Shown: positions 9,387-19,559, numbered from the stretch's first letter. The stretch is DNA of 64,000 nt from an uncultured Candidatus Micrarchaeota archaeon (GCA_963714085.1 OY970229.1:1280001-1344000); one strand, 5' to 3'. A program made the numbers and translations. Notes: a model not told the origin generated them from the letters alone.

Positions 9387-10460
9387 CTAGCGTTTCCTGC
9401 CCAGCGCATGGTCTATGGCTTCCTTCGTTCTCCTTATGATCGTGTCCACGATGTCCTCATAGGCGCCCCTGACCACTCCTGCCGCCATGTTCCCGTGGCC
9501 GCCCATGTAATCTTCCCGGGGCATGCCCAGGTCCGCGCTCGTCCTCTTGGCGATTTCGCTGGGGATTATGCCGTGGTCCACATCGCTCTGTTTCACCCGG
9601 AAAGAGACCTTGTAGACGCCGTTGTCTATCGCGCCGAGTGCCACGGCTACGTTTATGTAGGAACTATCAGGATTATTCGGCGGGGTTATGGCGTTGAGCA
9701 TGATGGACAGCAGGGACGGAAGCTCCTGCGTGGTCTTCCCTACGGATATCACCTTGCCCCGGTATATCTCGGTCCTCAGGTGCCTGGTGTCATTTAGCAG
9801 GTTGACGAATGTCCTGGGGCTTAGCGGGGGATAAGCGAGCGCATATATCTCGGATTCGCTTTTTCCTGATACCTTTACCAGCTCCCTGAATGTTTGCTGC
9901 GTCTGCTTGCTGGTGGCCGTCATCCTGGCATTGTCCGCGGCTATGCCCGTCGCGAGGGCGAGGGCGATGGAAGGATCCTCCTCTATGCTGCGGCTCGGTA
10001 CGAGCAACGCGAGCATCTCGCATACCGCAGTCGCGGTCTCGTTTCTTATGAATACAGGAGCAGTCAGCGGGATCGACGTCACGCTGTGGTGGTCTAAGAC
10101 CATGAGGACGTCCTCCTCCTTGAGTTTGCCTTTCGCGCTCGGCATCACGGTCGCGGTATTCGTATCCACCACGATACGCGGGCGTTTGTCGTTTTTGGCT
10201 ATCTGGGACCATCTCTTCAGGTCGTTTAGCTGCAGCTCTGCCACGAGCGGGTCCGTGTGCGCCATCATATTGCTTGTGACGATGGTTACGCGCCTACCGC
10301 CGATGATCCTCTTGAGGCTGTAAGAAGCGCCCAGGCCGTCAGCGTCCAGCGGCTCATGGGTCCCTATCACCGCGCCATACCTGCGGGCTACGCTGATGGC
10401 ATGGTCGAAGAACTCCCTCTGGACCTGGGTCGCAATTCCGCTTATGTAGCGCCGTTGCAT
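9387..10460 (-). CDS. DHH/DHHA1 phosphoesterase (NrnA-like)
   Basis: HEPLDADGLGA, VVDT, LDHH, GIAAD, GGHGNMAAG. Confidence 0.85.
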   Translation of the reverse strand: MQRRYISGIATQVQREFFDHAISVARRYGAVIGTHEPLDADGLGASYSLKRIIGGRRVTIVTSNMMAHTDPLVAELQLNDLKRWSQIAKNDKRPRIVVDTNTATVMPSAKGKLKEEDVLMVLDHHSVTSIPLTAPVFIRNETATAVCEMLALLVPSRSIEEDPSIALALATGIAADNARMTATSKQTQQTFRELVKVSGKSESEIYALAYPPLSPRTFVNLLNDTRHLRTEIYRGKVISVGKTTQELPSLLSIMLNAITPPNNPDSSYINVAVALGAIDNGVYKVSFRVKQSDVDHGIIPSEIAKRTSADLGMPREDYMGGHGNMAAGVVRGAYEDIVDTIIRRTKEAIDHALGRKR

Positions 10461-10521
10461 GACTAATCTATCGCTGATTGTTCTTTTAAATGTTGCTAAA
10501 ACGGGTTATTTGCGTAAAAAG

Positions 10522-10656
10522 TCACGCCTCATCGCACAACGACCAGCCGCAATATATGCATTCCAGGCAGCCCTCCTCGTGCGTGAGTTTTCTCATGCAT
10601 CTCGGGCATATGCCGCTTTCAATCAGTTTCCTGCTCTCCTCTATGTCGTCTGCCAT
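10522..10656 (-). CDS. 44-aa Cys-rich zinc-ribbon microprotein
   Basis: Manual translation MADDIEESRKLIESGICPRCMRKLTHEEGCLECIYCGWSLCDEA*; starts 6 nt after the upstream gene. Confidence 0.7.
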   Translation of the reverse strand: MADDIEESRKLIESGICPRCMRKLTHEEGCLECIYCGWSLCDEA

Positions 10657-10661
10657 CCGAA

Positions 10662-11039
10662 TCAGGATTTGAATAGGCTCTTTATCCCCTTTATTATGCC
10701 CTCGGATTTGGCCTTCCAGCCGGCCAGGAAGCTCGTGAGGTTGTCCATGCCGCCGAGCACCATGAGGATCTCCTCTGATTCCTTGAGCACGCCCTTGTTC
10801 GAAGTGAGCCCGGGCACCTGGCTCATGTTCCGCAGCAGCTCGGTGACGCCGCGTTTGGTGTACATGGGCTTGCCGTCCTTCATTCGGGACGACCAGTCCT
10901 TGATGAACTGCTTCGCTTCTGGTGTCCTGAGGAACTCTTCAGAAGAAGTTGACTTCGCTTCCTCCGGCTTTGCCTGGACCTGCGTCGGTTGCTCTTCCTG
11001 CTGTTTCATCTGGAGGTCGCCTAAAGCCATGGTCACCAA
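10662..11039 (-). CDS. Hypothetical protein
   Basis: ORF with genome-typical codon usage; TATA-like TTATAAA upstream. Confidence 0.6.
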   Translation of the reverse strand: MVTMALGDLQMKQQEEQPTQVQAKPEEAKSTSSEEFLRTPEAKQFIKDWSSRMKDGKPMYTKRGVTELLRNMSQVPGLTSNKGVLKESEEILMVLGGMDNLTSFLAGWKAKSEGIIKGIKSLFKS

Positions 11040-11106
11040 CGCTTTTCGATAACCATTTAAGCTTTATAAGCTTTGCTCAGCGTTTCCAGCAGATTCTCCC
11101 CTGCAA

Positions 11107-11640
11107 TCAGACGCCAAGCTCCTCGATTATCCTGCTGGTCTTGAACCTGTCCGGTTCCAAGCTCCGCTCCAGCTTCACGACTTCCACGCCCACGGGCTTC
11201 ACGAACGGCTCCTGGTCGTAGCCGTAGACTATGATGTCCGGGCCCACGAACTCCAGCAGGTCCTTGGGCCGCGCCCTGCCAAGCAGCGCGACGTCCACTG
11301 GCTTGAGGAACTCCACCATCGCGGCCCGGTACTCCTGGGAGTGGATCGGCTTCCTTTTCTTCTTCTCTATGTGGACGTCCGCTGCCACGGCCACCACCAG
11401 TACGTCCCCGAGCTTCTTCGCCTCGTTGAGAGTGTAAACATGGCCGATGTGTATGATGTCGAAGACCCCGCCGGTGAGCACGACCTTTATCATCTTCCGG
11501 AATTCGGGCTTGAGGAAGCTCCTGCCGTCCTTCTCTTCGAGCATCCCCTGTTCGTCCTCGGGCAGGAAATGGAACACGTCGTCCGCGATCCCGCCCTCTT
11601 TCAGCTGGAGCACGAACAATCTCTTTACCTTGTCCTTCAT
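11107..11640 (-). CDS. ribL: Cytidylyltransferase-family protein, probable FAD synthetase
   Basis: GGVFDIIHIGH (HxGH), PDIIVYGYDQ, KTSRII; start placed at MKDKVK. Confidence 0.75.
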   Translation of the reverse strand: MKDKVKRLFVLQLKEGGIADDVFHFLPEDEQGMLEEKDGRSFLKPEFRKMIKVVLTGGVFDIIHIGHVYTLNEAKKLGDVLVVAVAADVHIEKKKRKPIHSQEYRAAMVEFLKPVDVALLGRARPKDLLEFVGPDIIVYGYDQEPFVKPVGVEVVKLERSLEPDRFKTSRIIEELGV

Positions 11641-11739
11641 AGGCACCGTATCGCTGGCAAAAGTTAAAAATAGCGTCGGAACGCACCGCGGAAATCCACC
11701 CCCGAATCGTTTAAATACCTGGAACGGCATAATCCCCTC

Positions 11740-12897
11740 ATGAGCGGGAAAGGCGCGTTCCTCAAGAGGATAACATCCAAAATCCAGATGAGGAGCGTCG
11801 AGGTGGGCGAGAAGCTTGACGGCACGTCCCCACCCTCGGTCTTCGTCGGCGCCTGGAACTACCCGAAGGTCTACGTCGGCCCCATGCTCACCCCCGAAGC
11901 TGGCGACACGTCGGTTTTGGACACCCCCGAGGCGTGGATACCGGGGAGAAAGACCCAGGACCAGATAATCCGCTACAGGCTGGACCTGGTGCGCGGCAAG
12001 CACATGGTCGGCATAAAGGACCTGGACAACAAGCTCGTGCAGAAGCTCCAGGAGATATCCCTCGCCAAGTCCTCCGTGGACAGCGAAGCGGAGTTCCGCT
12101 ACCAGCCCAAGGGCTTCACGTTCAACGAGGAGCACACCCCTTTCGGCCCAAGCGCGCCGCTGGAGCGTTTCGACATCGGGAACGTGAGCTGGGAGCAGCA
12201 CATGCAGGCCGCGTATTACGATACGGACCTGAAGGCCTCGGAGGCGGTGGTGGACCTCTACAACGACGGGGTGATGTTCTCCCAGATACAGAAGGCGTTC
12301 TCCACCGGGACCATGGGCATCGGCAGGAACCGCAGGATGGTCCCCACCAGGTGGTCCATAACCGCTGTGGACAGCGCGCTCGCTAACCATCTGTACGACG
12401 AGGTGATGCGGCACGAGGCCATAGAAGAGTACATGGTCTACGAGTTCTCCAGCCTCAACAATCGTTATCTCGTGCTCCTCACTCCGACGCCGTGGCAGTA
12501 CGAATGGATAGAGGCGTTCATCCACGTGATGGGCGAGTCCACGGTGGTGTTCGGCGACAGCGAGGTGCTCAGGCCCAAGAAGGAATACTCCAGCGTGGGC
12601 GGCTGCTACTACAGCTGCAAGTTCGCGGTCCTCGAGGCGCTCGCCAGGATGAGGAAGCAGGCCGGAGCTGTGGTCCTGAGGGAAGCCTACGAGGACTACG
12701 TCCCATTGGGCGTTTTCAACGTTAGGGAGAACGTGAGGAACGCATTAAAGCAGAAACCGCTCGAATTCGATTCCTTGCACAGCGCGCTGGGCCACATGTC
12801 GGGCAGGCTCAAGCTTCCCCTTTCAAGGTTCATGGGCCAGAGCAGGGTGCTCAAGGACCTTTTAAGCCACAGGCAGACCACGCTCTCGGGTTTTTGA
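11740..12897 (+). CDS. nreA: Nre-family DNA repair protein
   Basis: SPPSVFVG..YPKV, RRMVPTRWSITAVD, GGCYY, PLGVFNVRENVR; C-terminal PIP box QTTLSGF. Confidence 0.9.
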   Translation: MSGKGAFLKRITSKIQMRSVEVGEKLDGTSPPSVFVGAWNYPKVYVGPMLTPEAGDTSVLDTPEAWIPGRKTQDQIIRYRLDLVRGKHMVGIKDLDNKLVQKLQEISLAKSSVDSEAEFRYQPKGFTFNEEHTPFGPSAPLERFDIGNVSWEQHMQAAYYDTDLKASEAVVDLYNDGVMFSQIQKAFSTGTMGIGRNRRMVPTRWSITAVDSALANHLYDEVMRHEAIEEYMVYEFSSLNNRYLVLLTPTPWQYEWIEAFIHVMGESTVVFGDSEVLRPKKEYSSVGGCYYSCKFAVLEALARMRKQAGAVVLREAYEDYVPLGVFNVRENVRNALKQKPLEFDSLHSALGHMSGRLKLPLSRFMGQSRVLKDLLSHRQTTLSGF

Positions 12898-12898
12898 C

Positions 12899-13231
12899 AT
12901 GATAGAATCCTACGCGTTCGGCAGGATGATAATAAACAAGAAGGAATACCTGAACGACCTCATAATCTTCCCTGACCGGATCGTTTCCAACTGGTGGCGC
13001 GATCAGGGCTATCTGCTCCAGATGGAGGACCTGGGGGAGGTCTTCGCGGCAAAGCCCAAGATACTAATCGTCGGGACGGGCTATTCCGGCCTGATGAAGG
13101 TGGACCAGGATGTAAGGCGCCACTGCGCGGAGAACGACATAAAGCTGATCGATGCGCTCACAGAAAAAGCGGTCCAGGAATACAACCGGATCTCCGGCCC
13201 CGGGGTCGTGGCCGCGTTCCACCTCTGCTGA
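12899..13231 (+). CDS. Mth938-like domain protein
   Basis: IESYAFG..DLII..WWR..IVGTGYSG..AFHLC. Confidence 0.85.
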   Translation: MIESYAFGRMIINKKEYLNDLIIFPDRIVSNWWRDQGYLLQMEDLGEVFAAKPKILIVGTGYSGLMKVDQDVRRHCAENDIKLIDALTEKAVQEYNRISGPGVVAAFHLC

Positions 13232-13245
13232 ATGCGGCCATCTGC

Positions 13246-14556
13246 CTAGCGTGCCGATGCCTTGACCGCCTCTTCCAGGATGTCCATCCCCTTCTCCGCC
13301 TGCTCCTCGGTCAGTGTGAGCGGAGGGCAGATGCGCACCACGGATTCTCCGGCCGTCAGGAGCAGCAGCCCGCGTTTCACGCAGTTGTGCACTATCGCAT
13401 GGCGCCTTTTGGGGTCCGGCGTGCGGGAGCTCTTGGATTTCACGATCTCCACGCCTATCATGAGCCCGAGGCCGCGCACGTCGCCGACCATCTCGTGCTC
13501 CAGCTCCATCTCCTTGAGCCGGTTCATCATCAGCTTCCCTATGCGCAGCGCGTTCTCGCCGAGTTTGGCCTTCTTCATGTAGTGGAGCGCAGCGGTCCCT
13601 CCTGCGCAGGCGAGCAGGTTGCCCCCGAAGGTGTTCGCATGCGAGCCGTGCTTCCAGTTCTTGGTGAGCTTCCGGCTCGCTACGGTCGCGCCTAAAGGTA
13701 TCCCGCCGCCTATCGCCTTGCTTATGGAGACTATGTCCGGTTTCACGTTGAAATTCTCTATCGCGAGGAACTTCCCGGTCCTGAAGCAGCCGGCCTGCAC
13801 CTCGTCGTCGCAGAGAAGCGCGCCGTGCTCGTCGCACAATTTCCGCACGCCCGGGATGAACTCCTTCGGCGGCACGATGTAGCCGCCTTCGCCCTGCACC
13901 GGCTCTATGAACACGGACGCCAGGTCCCCCTTCACGCTGCGCATGGCCTTCTCCATCTGGCCAAGGCAGTGATCGCTGCACTCGCCGGGCTCCATCCTCA
14001 TCCGGTACCAATAGGGATACGGCACGTGCTTCACAGGGAGGAACGGTCCGTACCTCTCCCGCTGCACGGGCTTGGAATTGGTCATGGAGAGCGCGCCCAT
14101 GGTCCTGCCGTGGAACGCGTTCATGAACGCGATGGTCCATTTCCTGTTCTTGTAGTAGCGCGCGAGCTTGTATGCCGCTTCCACGGATTCGGTCCCCGAG
14201 TTGGAAAGGAAGACGCTGCTCAGGCCGCGCGGGAGCATGGACACGAGCGTCTCCGCGAATTTCACCGGCACTTCGGCATACAGGTCCGAGAACGCGCAGT
14301 GCAGGCCTTTCCGCAGCTGCGCGTCTATCGCCGCGACCACCTCGGGGTTGTCATGGCCCACGCTCTGCACAGCCACGCAGGCCATGAAATCAAGATACTC
14401 CCTGCCGTCCGCATCCCATATGTGCACGCCCTTCGCCCTCTCGTATACGAAAGGGTACTCGCGGGTCATGCACGGGGCGATGACCTTCATGTCCCGCGCA
14501 ATCACCGACTTCGACTTCGGCCCTGGCTTGAAAAAATGCTTCTTCAGGATATCCAT
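13246..14556 (-). CDS. Class III PLP aminotransferase (ornithine/4-aminobutyrate type)
   Basis: NSGTESVEAA, AFHGRT, EPVQGEGG, DDEVQAG, SKAIGGG, NTFGGN. Confidence 0.9.
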   Translation of the reverse strand: MDILKKHFFKPGPKSKSVIARDMKVIAPCMTREYPFVYERAKGVHIWDADGREYLDFMACVAVQSVGHDNPEVVAAIDAQLRKGLHCAFSDLYAEVPVKFAETLVSMLPRGLSSVFLSNSGTESVEAAYKLARYYKNRKWTIAFMNAFHGRTMGALSMTNSKPVQRERYGPFLPVKHVPYPYWYRMRMEPGECSDHCLGQMEKAMRSVKGDLASVFIEPVQGEGGYIVPPKEFIPGVRKLCDEHGALLCDDEVQAGCFRTGKFLAIENFNVKPDIVSISKAIGGGIPLGATVASRKLTKNWKHGSHANTFGGNLLACAGGTAALHYMKKAKLGENALRIGKLMMNRLKEMELEHEMVGDVRGLGLMIGVEIVKSKSSRTPDPKRRHAIVHNCVKRGLLLLTAGESVVRICPPLTLTEEQAEKGMDILEEAVKASAR

Positions 14557-14561
14557 GTGAT

Positions 14562-16028
14562 TCAACCCGTGTCTATCTGCGCCTTCTGCAGCCTGCCTGA
14601 ATAATCCACGTACAGCGTCTTGGAGTGGCTGAACTCCTCGATCCCCTCGATCCCCGCCTCGCGCGTGAATCCGGTCTTCTTCACGCCGCCGAAAGGAAGA
14701 TGGACCTCGGATCCTATGGTCGGACTGTTGACATAGGTTATCCCGGCCTCTATTTTTTTCATGGCCACGAACGCGTTCCTCACGTCGTTGGTGTAAATCG
14801 AGCTGCTCAGGCCGTAATCCGTGTTGTTCGCGACCTCTATGGCCTCGTCAAGGCTCTTTATCTCGATGACCGAGAGCACGGGCCCGAATATCTCCTCCTT
14901 CGCTATGTGCATGTCCGGAGAGACCCCGTCGAAAACGGTCGGCTGGAAGAAGAACCCCCTGCCCTTCGGTCTCTCCCCTCCGCAGAGCATCTTCGCGCCC
15001 TCGTCCTTCCCGACCCAGGCGTATCTCTGGCTTTTCTTGAGCGCTGCCTCGTTCACCAGCGGGCCGACGTCCGTGGACCTGTCCAGGCCGTTGCCCAGGC
15101 GCAATCTCTTCGTCCTCTCCACCAGCATCTTCAGGAACCGCTCCTTCACCGTCTTGTGCACGATCACGCGCGAGCACGCGGTGCATCTCTGGCCCGTGGT
15201 ACCGAACGCCCCCCAGATTATGCCGTCCAACGCGAGCCCCAGGTCCGCGTCATCCATCACGATGATGGGATTCTTGCCTCCAAGCTCCAGGCCCACCTTC
15301 TTCACGCCCACGTTAGCCATTATCCATTCCCCGGTATCCCGGGAGCCGGTGAAGGAAAGCCCGCTTATCTTCTTGTTCTTGACGATCTCCTCTCCCACGG
15401 TCTTGGCCGGCCCGGTCACAAGATTCACGACCCCTGGCGGCACGCCGGCCTTTTCCAGGATCTTCACCAGCTCGGTGGCGCACAGCGGCGTGTCGGAGCT
15501 CGGCTTGAGCACGATGGTGTTGCCGCAGACCAGGGCAGCGGACAGCTTCCAGGACGGGATTGCGAACGGGAAGTTCCACGGGGTTATCAGCCCCATGACG
15601 CCCACAGGCGTCCTTATCGTCATCGCGAACTTGTCCGGCAGCTCGCTGGTGGTCGTATTGCCGAGCAGCCTCCTGCCCTCCCCGGCCATGTATTCGAATA
15701 TGTCTATCGCTTCCTGCACGTCGCCCAGGCCCTCGGGGAGCACCTTGCCCATCTCCATGGTGACGAGCCTGCCCAGCCGCTCCTTGTCTTTCCTGAGCAG
15801 TTCGGCTACTTTCAGTAGCATGAGCCCTCGTCTGGGAGCAGGCATGTCCGACCATCCCGGCAGCGCCCTCTCCGCCGCGTCTATCGCCTTCCGGGCGTCC
15901 TCTACCTCCCCGTGCTGGAACTTGCCCATCTTCTGCTCGGTCGCGGGGTTCACGCTAAGGAACGTCTCCCTGCTGACGCATCTCACCCATTTTCCGCCGA
16001 TATACATGTTATATTCCGGAGTCAGCAT
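14562..16028 (-). CDS. NAD(P)-dependent aldehyde dehydrogenase
   Basis: ITPWNFP, FTGS, LELGGKN, GQRCTA, EEIFGP, PFGG. Confidence 0.93.
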   Translation of the reverse strand: MLTPEYNMYIGGKWVRCVSRETFLSVNPATEQKMGKFQHGEVEDARKAIDAAERALPGWSDMPAPRRGLMLLKVAELLRKDKERLGRLVTMEMGKVLPEGLGDVQEAIDIFEYMAGEGRRLLGNTTTSELPDKFAMTIRTPVGVMGLITPWNFPFAIPSWKLSAALVCGNTIVLKPSSDTPLCATELVKILEKAGVPPGVVNLVTGPAKTVGEEIVKNKKISGLSFTGSRDTGEWIMANVGVKKVGLELGGKNPIIVMDDADLGLALDGIIWGAFGTTGQRCTACSRVIVHKTVKERFLKMLVERTKRLRLGNGLDRSTDVGPLVNEAALKKSQRYAWVGKDEGAKMLCGGERPKGRGFFFQPTVFDGVSPDMHIAKEEIFGPVLSVIEIKSLDEAIEVANNTDYGLSSSIYTNDVRNAFVAMKKIEAGITYVNSPTIGSEVHLPFGGVKKTGFTREAGIEGIEEFSHSKTLYVDYSGRLQKAQIDTG

Positions 16029-16081
16029 AGTCACACCTGGTAAACCGAACCTTCCAAAGATTATAAACCTTTTCCCATAGA

Positions 16082-16576
16082 ATGCATTCCATGATCCTGC
16101 CGAAACACCATCTCAAATCAGGCGCCTTCGTTGAGAACGTCCATGAAAGCCAGTACCAGCCAGCCGGCATCGACATCACGCTGAAGCAGGCCTGCAGCTT
16201 CGCGTCCGCGGGCAAGATAGATTTCGACAACAGCGAAAGGAAGATAAGCGACACTGTCCCGCTGGAGTACGAGAACGACGAAGTGAGGCTGGCCCCCGGC
16301 GCATACAAGGTCATATTCAACGAGTACGTGAGGATACCGGCGGACGCGGCGGCGCTCTGCCTGCCCCGCTCATCCTTGTTGCGGTGCGGGGCGAGCCTGG
16401 AGTGCGCGGTCTGGGACCCGGGCTACGAGGGGAGGAGCGAGGCGCTGCTCGTCGTGCGCAACGAGCACGGCATAGTCCTCAAGCGCAACGCGAAGATCGG
16501 CCAGATGGTCTTCTTCAGGCTCGCGGACTCGGCGAAAGAGTTATACGAAGGCAGGTACAAAGGCGAGAACAGGTAA
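16082..16576 (+). CDS. Archaeal dUTPase / dCTP deaminase family
   Basis: QPAGIDIT, PRSSLLRCG, VWDPGYEG, IGQMVF, YEGRY. Confidence 0.85.
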   Translation: MHSMILPKHHLKSGAFVENVHESQYQPAGIDITLKQACSFASAGKIDFDNSERKISDTVPLEYENDEVRLAPGAYKVIFNEYVRIPADAAALCLPRSSLLRCGASLECAVWDPGYEGRSEALLVVRNEHGIVLKRNAKIGQMVFFRLADSAKELYEGRYKGENR

Positions 16577-16590
16577 AGGAGGTCGTGCAT

Positions 16591-17223
16591 ATGGCTGAAA
16601 AGAAGACATTGAGGTTCCTTGTCGGGATAGTCACCGGAGACACGGTGTTCGCGGAGTTCGCGCTTTTCCTTAGGATGATGAAGTTTCCGGAGAACTCCCA
16701 GGTCCTGTTCGCTATGAACAAGGCGAGCGGAGTCGACGTTGCGAGGAACATGATAGTCGAGAACGCGCCCTCGGACACGGATTACATACTGTTCCTGAAC
16801 GACGACGTGCTCGTGCCGGCGGATGCCGTGGAGCGGCTGATGGCCCGCGGCAAGGACATAGTGTCCGGCCTGTATTTCAGCACCAGCCCGCCCTTCTACC
16901 CGCACATCTACAAGTCCGACGGCAAGGGCAGGTACGACAACGTGTCCGACTATGAGAAGAACTCGCTCGTGGAGGTGGACGCGGTCCGGGCCGGGGCGCT
17001 CCTTGTCAAGAAGAAGGTGTTCGACAAGATGGGCGCGCCGTTCTTCCAGCACGCGGTCCAGAAGAACGACCTGACCGAGGACTTCTTCTTCTGCCGCAAG
17101 GCCAAGGAGGCCGGGTTCAAGGTGTTCTGCGACACGTCGCTCGTCTGCAGCCACGTGGGCGTCAGCATGGTGAACGAGAACGCTTGGGAGAGCATGAAGG
17201 ACCAGGCCAAGAGGAAGGGCTAG
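16591..17223 (+). CDS. GT-A fold glycosyltransferase (family 2-like)
   Basis: ARN, ILFLNDD, TEDFFFCRKA..GFKV..D..H; AGGAGG RBS before ATG 16591. Confidence 0.75.
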   Translation: MAEKKTLRFLVGIVTGDTVFAEFALFLRMMKFPENSQVLFAMNKASGVDVARNMIVENAPSDTDYILFLNDDVLVPADAVERLMARGKDIVSGLYFSTSPPFYPHIYKSDGKGRYDNVSDYEKNSLVEVDAVRAGALLVKKKVFDKMGAPFFQHAVQKNDLTEDFFFCRKAKEAGFKVFCDTSLVCSHVGVSMVNENAWESMKDQAKRKG

Positions 17224-18521
17224 CCCAGGAACCTGTCCAAGACGGATTCTATATCTTTATTCTTCTTCATCTCATATCCTATGTGGACTATCGGTATCCT
17301 CGCCTTCAGCACCCTCCTTATGTCGGTCGGAGTCCCGGACACGACCAGCTCGGCGTTCGAGCGGTTGATGGTCTCCTGCAAATCCCTTATCTCTTTTTCG
17401 GAATAGCCGACCGCCGGAAGGACCTTTCTCAAATGCGGGTATTGCACGAACGCCTCTTTTATCATGCCCACCGCGAACCTGCCGGGCTCCAGTACAATCG
17501 CGCCGTGCGACACCGCATACTCATAGCCGGCTCCGTACGCCATGCCCCCGTGCGTCACGGTCGGGCCGTCCTCTATGACGATGACGCGCCTGCCTCTCAG
17601 GTCCGTATTCCCCTCTTCGGTAAGCACCATGTCGCTCTCGATCACTTTCGCCTTGGGATTGACCTCCTTGGCATGCGCGGCCACGAGTTTCGCACCCGCT
17701 CTGTTCGCTGATGCCTTGCTTATCACTATCACGTCCGCCATGCGGAAATTGGCCTCGCCCGGATGATACAGCAGCTCATGGCCAGGCCGCAGCGCGTCAG
17801 CGACCACGAACGAGAGATCAGGTTTGAAGAACGGCAGGTCGTTGTTGCCTCCGTCCCAGACTATCACGTCAGCCTCCTTCTCCGCCTGCCGTAGTATCTT
17901 CTCGTAATCGACCCCTGAGAATACCACGGTGCCGTTCCTGATGTGCGGCTCGTAGTCCTCGCGCTCCTCTATCGTGCACCTGTTCTTGTCCAAATCATCG
18001 AGCGTCGCGAACCTCTGCACAGCCTCCTTCCTCAGATTCCCGTATGGCATCGGGTGACGCACGAAGACGAACCTTATTTTTTTCCGCTTCAGGATGCCGC
18101 TTATCTCGCGGCTTAAAGGGCTCTTGCCGGCTCCGGTGCGCACCGCGCAGACCGAAATGATCTTCTTTTTGCTTTTCAGCATCGTGTCCTTGGGGCCGAG
18201 AAGCGTGAAGCTCGCGCCTGATGCCAATGCGCGGCTCGCCAGATGCATTACGCGCTCGTGCGTGACGTCTGAATAGGCGAACACGACCTCGTCCACACCG
18301 AACCTCTTTATCAGCATCTCCATGTCCTTCTCCTCGAATATGGGTATGCCTTTGGGATACATTTTTCCAGCCAACTCAGCAGGATACCTCCTTCCGGCTA
18401 TGTCCGGTATCTGGGCCGCAGTGAAGCCGACGACCTTGTACGCGGGGTTGTCCCTGTAGACCGTGTTGAAGTCATGGAAATCCCGGCCCGCTGCCCCAAG
18501 CACCAGCACATTGCGTGTCAT
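17220..18521 (-). CDS. arcE: ArcE-like arginine synthetase (cDPG synthetase/GTPase-annotated family)
   Basis: LGAAGRDFHDFN, AVRTGAGKS, RHPMPYG, TIEEREDYEPH, WDGGNND, EDGPTVTHGGM; divergent from carbamate kinase. Confidence 0.75.
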   Translation of the reverse strand: MTRNVLVLGAAGRDFHDFNTVYRDNPAYKVVGFTAAQIPDIAGRRYPAELAGKMYPKGIPIFEEKDMEMLIKRFGVDEVVFAYSDVTHERVMHLASRALASGASFTLLGPKDTMLKSKKKIISVCAVRTGAGKSPLSREISGILKRKKIRFVFVRHPMPYGNLRKEAVQRFATLDDLDKNRCTIEEREDYEPHIRNGTVVFSGVDYEKILRQAEKEADVIVWDGGNNDLPFFKPDLSFVVADALRPGHELLYHPGEANFRMADVIVISKASANRAGAKLVAAHAKEVNPKAKVIESDMVLTEEGNTDLRGRRVIVIEDGPTVTHGGMAYGAGYEYAVSHGAIVLEPGRFAVGMIKEAFVQYPHLRKVLPAVGYSEKEIRDLQETINRSNAELVVSGTPTDIRRVLKARIPIVHIGYEMKKNKDIESVLDRFLG

Positions 18522-18572
18522 GGGAAAATGCTCCCATGAAACACTTATAATCCTATACTGGTTACTCCATCC

Positions 18573-19550
18573 ATGGCACGAGTGGTCATAGCGCTGGGCG
18601 GCAATGCGCTTCTCGCCAAGAACAGCAAGGGGACTGCAAAGGAGCAGCTCGAGGAGGCGAAGGTCGCAGTGCTCTACCTGGAGAAGGTGATTGAGGACAA
18701 CCAGGTCGTGATAACACATGGCAACGGCCCGCAGGTCGGCAACCTCCTCCTGCAGCAGCACGCGACCAAGGAGGTCCCGGAGATGCCCCTGGACGTGCTC
18801 GACGCCATGACACAGGGCCAGATAGGCTATTTCATAGCTAGCGCGATATCCCTCACAGGCATGCATTCGGCTACCATGGTGACGCGCGTGGTCGTCGACC
18901 CCCAGGACCCGGCTTTCGAAGACCCGACCAAGCCGGTCGGCCCCTTCTACGCCGAGAGGCCACTTACCAGCGGCAGAAGCACGCATTATTCGATGGATTC
19001 GGGCCGCGGTTATCGGCTCGTGGTCCCGTCCCCAGAGCCCATAAAAATCCGCGAGCACGATGCGATAGACGCGCTCCTGGAACGGGGGTTCGTGGTCATC
19101 GCAGTTGGCGGAGGGGGGATCCCGATAAACGAGAGCGGGGAAGGCCTGGAAGCCGTGATAGACAAGGACAGGGCCGCATCGCTGCTCGCGAACCAGATAA
19201 ACGCGGACATGCTGGTGTTCGTGACGTCCGTGAACTCCGCATATCTGAACTTCGGGAAAAAGAACCAGAAGCGCATCGCATGCATGACCAGCTCCGAGGC
19301 CAAAAGATACATGGAGGACGACCAGTTCGCGGAAGGCAGCATGAAGCCCAAGATAGAGTCGGCGATCCGGTTCCTCGACTCCGGGGGCAAGCGCGCGGTG
19401 GTATGCTCCATCTCCAACTGCGAGAAGGCGGTGAAGGGCAAGGCCGGCACGACCATACTCCCGGGCCCGGCGTTGTTGAAGATGAAGGCGGTATCGACCG
19501 GCAAGAAGCCGTACGTCGCCGAGGCGCAGGCCCTCCGGGCCACGCATTGA
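18573..19550 (+). CDS. arcC: Carbamate kinase
   Basis: ALGGNAL, THGNGPQVG, PTKPVGPFY, VPSPEP, GGGGIP, AVIDKD, GSMKPK. Confidence 0.95.
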   Translation: MARVVIALGGNALLAKNSKGTAKEQLEEAKVAVLYLEKVIEDNQVVITHGNGPQVGNLLLQQHATKEVPEMPLDVLDAMTQGQIGYFIASAISLTGMHSATMVTRVVVDPQDPAFEDPTKPVGPFYAERPLTSGRSTHYSMDSGRGYRLVVPSPEPIKIREHDAIDALLERGFVVIAVGGGGIPINESGEGLEAVIDKDRAASLLANQINADMLVFVTSVNSAYLNFGKKNQKRIACMTSSEAKRYMEDDQFAEGSMKPKIESAIRFLDSGGKRAVVCSISNCEKAVKGKAGTTILPGPALLKMKAVSTGKKPYVAEAQALRATH

Positions 19551-19559
19551 TCGGAGTGC

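Noticed and set aside
11641..12525. Long N-terminal extension of the 472-aa ORF (and the similar 775-aa ORF 17220-19547)
   Set aside because: Antisense shadows of nreA and arcC; real starts placed at 11640 and 18521.
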